From the human T2T-CHM13v2.0 reference genome, Homo sapiens, in NCBI RefSeq assembly GCF_009914755.1, contig NC_060928.1: DNA of 64,000 nucleotides; one strand, written 5' to 3'. The translations under genes and the position numbers were made by a program. Within the stretch, counting starts at the first letter, position 1. Each line of letters starts with the position of its first letter. Positions 53,965-64,000 of the stretch are shown here, piece after piece. Under the pieces are notes generated by a model. The model worked only from the letters and a program-made list of their open reading frames with translations, did no database searches and was not told where the DNA came from.

Positions 53965-55521
53965 AGACAATGTTAAGAGGGTTTTATAATCAGAGAAGTA
54001 GGCCCAGAAAAATGGGGACTTCCCGTCTCCTACCTTGTCCTACTCGTAAAACTAGGGCGTCACTTCAAGAGTAGAGGGCAACGATCTTCACTACCAGCTT
54101 AAGAGCTGTGGCCAAGATATTTTGCAGATAATAATAACAGAGGGGGAAGTAAGTCATAAGAAAAAAAAATCAAGAGATTATTTTTATAAAAACACTGAGT
54201 TAACTCAGATTATTCTTATAACAACTCTTATTTGAAACAGAAGGTGAAGAAATTCAAGCCTACGATGATCTCTTTAAAACAGTAGATATTTTGGTGGTAG
54301 TCAAGTGAAAATAAGCTGGTAGCTCTATGTGGGCAAGAAGTTTAATCTTAGGGCAGCCAATTTGCCAGAGATGAGCAGAAAAAGAGACAGCAAAATAAAG
54401 CAAGGTCAGAACAAATCTGTAAGGCAGAGACCAAAACGATATCTGCAAAGGAGTCTGAATTTAACTGGAGCATACTGTGGAGAAACTAGTTTCCCAGATA
54501 ATAATAACATCTGGGATAACAGTAAAATTCTTGAAACCAATAACAAATTCAGTCAGCAATTAGACAAACAGGTGGGTGTAACGTGAAAGAGGCAGACAGG
54601 TTAACAGAAAGATCAGGCAAACTAATAGTCAAAGAAAGCCCTTCTAAAAGTAATGTCATCCCAGGATTATTACACACATGTCCAGTGCTGTACTCACTGA
54701 GGTGTGATATCAAAGTTTCACAATATGTGGGATTCATATTTCACTACAGTAGTCCAGCTAAGTCACTAAACAAATAAACAGGAATGCAATAATAACAAAA
54801 GGACTAGGGAGAGAGAATATTCAGAGTTGCCACAATGTCTTATCCAAAATGACCTGATTTTAACAAAAAATATGATACATGCAAAGAAACCAAAAAATGT
54901 GTCCCATACAGGGTAAAAAATCATGCACCCCAAACAACCTATTAGAGGGTCCAGTTGTTACATTTAATAGGCAAAGGCTTCAAAGAAACCATTATAAATG
55001 TGTTCAAAGAATTAACTGAAATTGTTTAAAGACTAAAGGAAGATGAGAGGTCAATGGCTTATCAAAAATATAATATCTGTAAAAAGGTAGAATTGATATA
55101 AAGAAACAAACATAATCCTGGGTTTTCAAGTCATAATAAAGAAGAAAAAATTTTTCCTGGAGTTGTTCAACAGAAGATTTGAACTGCTAGAAGACAAAAT
55201 CAATGCCCTTGAAGGTAGATGGATAAAAAATCTAAAATCCAAAAGAAATAATTATTTTTAAAATGCAATAAGCTTCAGAGAAATGTGGGATACTGCTAAT
55301 TATACTACCATACATATAATTAATTACCATAGAAGAGGAAGAAATGAAAGGGAAAGGAACAGAAAATGTATTAAAAATTATAATGGCTGACCACTCCCCA
55401 AACTTAAAAAATAATATTCTAAACATTGAAAATGCTCAGTGATCCCCAGTTACATAAACTAGAAGAGATCAAAATCCAGACATGTCATAGTAAAAATATT
55501 AAAAGACAAAAACAAATAGAC

Positions 55522-55815
55522 TTTTTTTTTTTGAGATAGGATCTCATTTGGTTGCCCAGGCTGGAGTGCAGTGGCACAATCTCGGCTCACTGGCAACCTC
55601 CACCTCCCAGGCTCAAGCAGTTCTCCTGCCTCAGCTTCCAAGTAGCTGGGATTACAGGCACATGTCACTACCACCCGGCTATTTTTTTTATTTTTAATAG
55701 AGACAGGGTTTCTCTATGTTGGCCAGGCTGGTCTCAAACTCCTGACTTAAAATGATCCACCCGCCTTGGCCTCCCAAAATGCTGGGTTTATAGGCGTGAG
55801 ATACCACGCCCTGCC
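55522..55815 (-). mobile_element. Alu S
   Basis: Full antisense Alu; TSD aaatagac. Confidence 0.97.
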
Positions 55816-56118
55816 AAATAGACAATTTTGAAAGTAGCAAGATATCCACACGTCACATTTATGGGAATCTCAGTAAGAATTCTAGCATATTATCATCAAA
55901 AACAATGACGTCTAATAGGTAATGGGATGACATATTCTAATTGGTAAAACAAAAAAATGCAATCAACAATCTAACGTCTGGAAACTTCATCTTTTGTAGA
56001 TGAAGGTGAAATGAATACCTTACCAGAAAAACAAAAATTGAGAGAATTTCTTGGTAGCAAATCCACTTCATAAGAATGCTAAACAAATTTCTTTAGTGAC
56101 CATAGGAAAAATGTGAAT

Positions 56119-56149
56119 ACACACACACACGTACACACACACACACACA
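56119..56149. repeat. Interrupted (CA)n
   Basis: Direct observation. Confidence 0.9.
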
Positions 56150-57039
56150 GGTGCACACAAAGTACCAACAATGATAATTATGCAATTAAGAAGACATTAT
56201 AAATGCTTATATCTTCTCTTTCCCTCTTTTTAACTGAAATAAAATAATTTGTTTTAAAATGTGTATTTTATTGCAGACCTACCACAAAATTATATATTTG
56301 ACAATGAAAGCAAAAAGGAGGTCCTTGTATTGCAATGAGAAAAAGCATTAAATCCACAGAAACCTATAAAGACAAAGATAAATAGTAAATAAGAACATTT
56401 TTGTAACAATAAATATATGTATTTCTCCTTTTTTCTCATTTTTAAAAAACAAAATATTATATGAAGTAATAATTAGGATTAGGCATTTTTGGAATATAAC
56501 AAAAATAGCACAAAATAAGGAAACAGTAGTGAAAGTTACATAGGACTGAAATTTCTGTATCTCCCTAGAAGTTAGTTAGTATAAATCTGAAGTTCATTCT
56601 GATCAGTTAAGATTTATATGGTAAGCCCCAGAGCAACAACTACAAAAACAATTTTTAAAAAGTGAAAATATCATTAAAGGAATTGAAATATTACCCCAGG
56701 AAATATTCACTTAATTCCAAAGAAAGCAGTAAATGAGGGATAGAAAAACAGGATACCTATAAAAAATAGCGTAGAAGATTTAAATCCAACTATAGCAATA
56801 ATACATTTAATGTGAATGGGGTAAACAATCCAATCAAAATACAGATATAGTCTGATGAGAGTATAGAGATATCCAAATATATGGTGTTTAAGGGAGACAA
56901 ATTTCAGATTGAAAAATTCAAATAGATAATAAAGGAAGGAGAAAAAATTATGCAAAAAGTTTCTGTAAGAAAGCTGGAGTAGCTCTGGTAATGTCAGACA
57001 AATTAGACTTAATAAAAAAAAGTGTTACTAAAGTGTATC

Positions 57040-57790
57040 TCTTTAAAAGTTAAGTGCTGTACTTTTTCTCACATTTCACTAGAAATGGTTCACTGCCCCT
57101 CCCACAGTAGTGAGAGTCTTACTCTCATTTGGCAGCAATATATTGATGTGTGTTTTCTCGATGAAGATGAGAGTATTTGCCATCACCTCCTCAGAGGCAA
57201 CAGGTTTTGCTTTTACTCCTCCTAGAAGCAATGGAACCTTGCCTGTTCCCTGGGGGTGAGACGGATGACTGCCCCTACATTAGCTACCTAACATTTTTGC
57301 TTCTCCGGACAGAAGAGTAAGGGCAAGGGGACAAGACCCATCTCCCCAAAGCAGCTGATCCCCACTTGCACACCAAACTACCAATGAAGCTAGCCATTTC
57401 TGGTCTCCCATCCTGACTTTTCTGAGCACATGGTGAAGATCTGTGGAAAACATTTTGTGAGTATAAACTCTTCTTGTGTCTGAGGCCCCTAGTCTTTCCA
57501 AACTGATAAGCTAGCCTAGACATTCCCGTGAAGAAGTTTTTAAAATGTTAGCTGATTTTATTTTACATACATTTATGTAGGCCACTTCTTTCTCTTGTGC
57601 TGTGCCAAGGTGAAATTATTCCTTGTCCCTCATTGGAAATTAGTTTACTTGGTGAACTTCTAACCCCAGCTGTCTATGAGGCTCAAGTAACAATATGATT
57701 TTGTGGATTTTCCAGCTTTTTCTGCTACAGTGTGTGTGTATGGGGGAGGGGATGGCTTTCTTTGCAGCTTTGTTCTTTCTAAGCAATGTA
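57040..57790 (-). mobile_element. Probable old L1M 5' region, antisense
   Basis: 'tatgattttgtggattttccagcttttt' and 'gatggctttctttgcagcttt' resemble L1M 5' ends. Confidence 0.5.
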
Positions 57791-58485
57791 AGGATTTTCA
57801 TATTATTTTTGCAGAATAATGTTAGCACTTTCGTTATTTAGAGAATCTGCAGATTGTACAGATCTCAATTTGGTTTCATCTTGAAAGGGCTATTTGTGAA
57901 TATTTTTTACATATACATGCTTATATATTTGTTCACATATATATTATTTGTTAAGTAATTGAAATTTTTCTCAGTTTATTCCAATGAATTGAGACTGATT
58001 TCTAGTTTCCCTTTATTGAATTTGTGTCTGTAATTGATTTAAAATATATTTTAGTAATCGTGAAATATATCACGGAAGCGATTTTAATGCGTATACATGT
58101 GTAGGTATATGTATATTTATTTATTAGAGCTTAGTATTACATTATTGAAAGTCTGTATATAGGTAAACATCCTAATTTACTTGATCTTGTAGCGTCTCCA
58201 GAGTGAAGGTCCACTGACTTTGTGTTTCTTTGATTTCTGCTTACATCTTGGTAGTCTATATTTTTATCTATTTGGATGCTATGAGAGATATGAGATTCTG
58301 TGATCCATAGGCATATTCGGCAAATTTATACAGGAATCCTATATTATAATAATTTTTATGTAACTCACTATCATGGTTCTAGATTTAATAGGCATTCCAA
58401 AATACTAATGGGATATGTTTGAATATTCAAACTTCATCCTCCAATGTCCCTAGATGTATTTTCACTTTTGTATGCTCAAATTAAA

Positions 58486-58511
58486 ACACACACACACACA
58501 CACACACACAC
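58486..58511. repeat. (AC)13 microsatellite
   Basis: Direct count. Confidence 0.95.
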
Positions 58512-58864
58512 TCAGTGAGGTATTTACTTGCTTTAAAGTGGAAAACTGCATGTCATATGGCAGATTTGCACCGAAATAGACGAATTAAAAATGATATTTC
58601 TATCAGCAAGCAACTTTTAAAAATGCTATAAAATTAACATGCTATGTGTTAGTAACTTATCAAAATATTCACTCTTGCTCAACTTAATTACCCTACAGAA
58701 TAATTAATGTTTGAAGATAATGTTTATTAATAAAGAGAGAATGATAATTTATACTTTATAAGGTCAAATGTTGATTTTTTGGCTAGTCTTTGTTAATAGT
58801 TCTGAAAGGACAGAAACTGAACAGCAGAAGTAGTTTAAAAGCAGGTGGATGAGCAGAGTCATAG

Positions 58865-59180
<316 letters not shown>

Positions 59181-61162
59181 ATATTTAACCATTTTTAAAG
59201 AGCTATATTTTCTCACCTATCTGCCTTGATTATCATGAGATATTTTACTTGGACTATGTAACTTTGAACAAGTTTATGGGTCCAGGTGTAAAATAACACT
59301 GTTCATTTTAATAGAAATGCAAAAAGTATCTTGAATAATGAATATTTGAATAATTATCAAATATTTGAATAACTGAGTAATTTGCCCACTTAAGGTGGAC
59401 ATTTTTCCCATTGAAATATCAATATTCTTTTGACACTGAGGTGATTTTGATTCTTCTTCTAAAAAGGAGGAAAATGTGTATTTAGAGACAGTCTTTCAAT
59501 ACATTTACAAAACATCAAAACAGAGTATGTTTGGTATTTTGGTGTGTTCTTTGTCAATTTCAGCCAAACTTAATTACAGCCCTGAAAACAAGTCCCAAAA
59601 TAGAGAATTTTATTATTGGTAAACTCTAGTATAAAAGAACAACTGTTAAAACTTTTCCACGTCACCAACTGTAGCTGTAAATTACTGTAAAATAGCTGTG
59701 CAGTATCCACTAAATACCACAGAGACAGGTTCATTTTGCTGCTGAATATTACTGAAAAGCTAAGTGCTTTTCCATTTACTAACAGGACTATGCAATTTAT
59801 AAAGGCAAACAAACAAAAAGCTATGCTCATATGGTGAAGATTTAGTCTCCTAGAAAGATGGGAAAATTTACCATGACTTAAGACAGCAGATGAGAATTTC
59901 TATGGCATGAATTTCAGAATACATTTCTGCCTCTGAAGTTTCTCAGGAGAAGTAAATGGTATTAGACTGTGATTGAAAGAAACGTAAACATAGATATTTG
60001 GTAGGTGCTTCCTTTGTTCTCTTTGCCCATTCATAAAGGAACATGCTAAATGTAGCAAGTGAAAATAGAAGGGCCCCTTAAGAGTTCTTAAAATTGCAAC
60101 ATTGGGTTGCACATTTTTATTTCATTTTATTGGTTTCCATAAATAGTGAAAACATCATACAAAGATGTTTTCCTGAATATCAATATTGTTCTTGTTTCTG
60201 TCTTCAAATATTTACACAATATAATAATTTGTCTGATAGTATTAAACATATTGTTTTATCATGTAAATATCCTGATTAGTAAAATTCAACTGAATTAGTT
60301 TATTTCATAAAATAAAATTCTGTGAATACCTTTTGAGTGGGAATCAGAAAGGTTATTAGGCCCTAAATCACAAATATTTTAAGTGCTTCAATTTTACATG
60401 GATATAATTAGCCAGAAGGTAGAATGACCCCTAAAAATTACATTATTTGCTGTATATGATGGCACTTCCTTGGGAGTATATCCATTGCCCTATATTTCCA
60501 TTTAGTTTGTCCCTTATCCATGTCTTCATTCTGTCACTCCAATTTAGTGCTCCTTCAAGGCTTTCTTACTTCTATCAATGGTGTCATATTTTAGTCTTAT
60601 CATTTTTGTCCCTTTTATTATCCATATTTATTCAATTGCCACTCCAGGTATGGTTCCTTAACAAGTCTTATTTTTTAAAATATGTTTTCAATTTAATTGT
60701 CGTGCATTAAAGGTCATAAACTCACATTTTTACAAAAGTTATCTAAGTAATTCAATTTCCCCCAATTTCCCTATTCTTTGGTTAAATTTTCATTCCACTA
60801 AAAAGATCATAAATTTTAAAAATATCGTTTTCACTATCATTTCTCTTTTTGGAAATTCGTTATTCAGTATCTACAGAAGCAGTGACAGATTATAGTTAGG
60901 TCCCTATTGCCTGGATTAATTCCAAGTTTTTAAACTAATTTCAATTTTCACCTCTCTCCTTTAAAAACTATTTATGACCTACTTTCTTGTCTTACCTATA
61001 TCAACAATTTTAAATTCAATCATTTACTTCTTTCTTTCAGTTTTGCTCAATGACCTCCCCACATCGTATTTCCATACTTGCTTTCATACCTTTACTCATT
61101 CCGTGCCTGTCATTGCTATAATTTCATTTTGTTTTTCTGTCTGTTAACAATCTACTCTTTGG

Positions 61163-61468
<306 letters not shown>

Positions 61469-64000
61469 CTACTCTTTGGGGTTATAGCTTCTTTTTAAAG
61501 CAGTTTACTCATCATTTTATCCTAGTTTTTCTTCACTTTCACTTTTTACACACACTCACATTATTGCTAATATGAGTATTTACAGTACACTTCAATCAGG
61601 GTGTGCATAGGGTCATACTGATTCCCTGTATGTTATTTCTTACTCAACCTTTTACCCTGTTTTTGAAGAAATATCTACTTCAAATATAATTGTAACATAA
61701 ATATTCATCTGATTTTTTTAAAGCTCACAAATATCAGTATTTTAACAATCAGAATGTTTTTAAAAAGTGACTCAATATTTGTATGATTAATGCTATAAGA
61801 TCATGGAAAGAAAAGCCTACTTTTTTGAGTATAATTTTGATATTCCAGTGCTATATTTTCATTGAATACACAAGAAAAGAAGGGATTCTATAGAAATAGA
61901 CATCATGTAAAGAATATATGCCTTGCTGTAAACACTGAATAATCAAAGGATATCCAATTTAGATTTTATATTAAAAGACAGACTAACTTCTCTTTCCTTG
62001 ATTGATCTCAGTTTACTTTACCTTCACCTGATCTCATCACTTTCAGAATAATGCAGAGCATCACACTATATCTGAAGCATTGGGAGAAATTTTTTAAAAA
62101 CGGTATGCATATTAAATCATTGACTGAACTCTCAAGGGTTAAAATGTAAGAGGTTTATTCTCCTTTTATCAAGCAGTGTCTACAGACAGAGCATCCACAT
62201 GGTGTAAGCTACAAAAGAAGGATGTATGCGACAGACTTACATGAAATCATTAAGTCACAGACACTTTATATGGTTCATGTTCACAAGGAAGAAAATTGCT
62301 AAAAAGTAAAGCAGATTCAATAAGTAGAAACATAAGCTGATTTTTGTTGTTTATTAAATCTACCTCGCATGTTTCTGCTAAGAAGAAATCTACTGTATCA
62401 CACAGCTCAGGATGCTATATACACATAAGATATTACACACTATAAAATTTCAGGTTTCTAAGCAGTTTTATACAATTTAAACTTGAGTAAAATTTGTATA
62501 TTTAAAAAAGACCTTATTGGATTACCTTAAGTAAATGGAGGTCATTTCAACAGCCCATTAACATTTTTTTGCAACAATAAAAACAAAAATAAGTACAAGG
62601 ATTTTCAAAACATGTAAGCTATTACTTTAAGCCTGGATAATTATCTGCTTATTTTAATAAACCAGCTCTCTAGTTTTAATCTACTTCTGCTGGCCTTCTC
62701 ATTTCCTCTTAAAACAAAACAGAAGCAACAATTTTTACTTTTCTACAGTGTCTCAAGTAGGAGGATTCGTTAGGTTTCAAACTACAGCACATAGTGAGAA
62801 GATGCTTTTAGGATTACAAGAAGATGGATAAAAGGAATCATTTGTGGAAATTTTAGAATAAAGGTTTTTGATACATTATATTTAAATAGCAAAAACAATG
62901 GAGTACTACATTTTTACTTACCACTGTCGGGCTACCCCTTTATTCCCAACTTATATTACTAATTCTTCTAAGCCACTAATACCTCATCAATTCTCTTGCC
63001 AGTTTTCTTTTCCTAGGTGTTAATTTCCCTATATATGGTTTACTTTAGCAGACAAAAGTAATGTTTCTTTTTTAAAACCGAAAGTTCCTGATGATGAAAC
63101 ATTGGACTATATGAAAAGAAACAATCTATTAATAAATAATCTATTCTGCTAGTAATAAACATCTGTAGGCAGTTGACATCCCAGACAAACTTGCATTAAA
63201 AACATAATGCACTCTAGTGATTGAAAGCAAAATGAGTAGATAGATTGCAAATATTTTGACTGTAATTATTTTTCCTCCCTTCCTCCCCACTTTCTATAGC
63301 ATGCTGCAGATTATACAGTAAATGTCAAGTGGAGTTTGACACCTGTATACAACCTAAGACCAACTTATGCCTTCAATTGGTAGTTCATTGAGGGTTAAAC
63401 AAAAGACTGAAGACAGGATTTGGTGCAAGAGATGTTTTTTAACAACAAGAGATTTATAGTTATGAGAGCATTTAGTATGCAGGCTTTAGTCTTCCTTTTC
63501 CTCCTGTGACATTCCCTTCAAGGCACAAAATATTATAAACAGTGGACAGGACCGAATATTTTGAATTAAGAATTTTAAGTTTCCACAACACCTTTTATTT
63601 CTTGTTTAATCATACCAAAAGGACAGAGAAAAAAAATAAACTACCCTCAAAATGAAATAATGCTTTATGTCATCTGAAATTCCCTGCAGTTTAGTTTTTT
63701 AAATGATTTAAATCCTACTTTATTGTTTAAAGCATAATTTACATATTTGATTCTTGTGACTGATGTGATTTCTCATTAAATATTGTGCTGAGTATTTCTA
63801 ATTAACCAATATAATTAATTGTGTATGTCTTAGTCACTTAGTCAAAAACAATTTATTTTATTTGGACCAACCAAGTAAATTTTGTTTGACTAGGATATAA
63901 ACTTGGAAAGTTAAGTTGTAAATTTAAACAATGGATTAAGTGCAATGTATTGTAAAACGCTTCATTCAATAATTGTATCGTAGGGTTTTTAGGCATCTCC

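Larger units (their letters stand above)
53970..57020 (+). mobile_element. Old L1M: 5' region, ORF1 and start of ORF2 (decayed)
   Basis: A-rich sense strand; ORF1-like motifs ('gcttcagagaaatgtgggatact', 'atgaaggtgaaatgaatacctt'); ORF2 endonuclease start 'atttaatgtgaatggggtaaacaatccaatcaaaa' (~NVNGxNxPIK). Confidence 0.8.

Noticed and set aside
62965-63065. Strong-looking plus-strand splice acceptor (ctaat...ttttcttttcctag|g at 63016)
   Set aside because: There is no convincing donor or open frame downstream, and such motifs are common in T-rich DNA.

Overview
This is AT-rich, CpG-poor primate genomic DNA, either intergenic or deep intronic. Alu S/J, L1PA, THE1 and MST elements are present; the species cannot be fixed from the sequence. 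I see no credible protein-coding exon, RNA gene, CpG island or CRISPR array. The supplied ORFs are short chance ORFs or read-throughs of Alu, L1 or LTR sequence. A large part of the window is recognisable transposable-element relic: about 15 Alus or Alu arms, several L1s, MIR/L2 fragments, one MER3, and a dense LTR/ERV cluster at 1-22 kb. That cluster includes two ERVL pol fossils and a deleted two-LTR ERV1 provirus with a tRNA-Ser primer-binding site. I found no convincing new biological system. The observations most worth following up are structural: a ~90-bp dispersed duplication, a compound CpG-containing pentanucleotide repeat in an Alu tail, an internally deleted L1 that keeps both ends and its target-site duplications (TSDs), two inverted L1s, an MST LTR inserted into another LTR's TATA box, and a candidate non-coding exon on the minus strand. 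Subfamily names come from my recall of consensus sequences and need RepeatMasker/Dfam confirmation.
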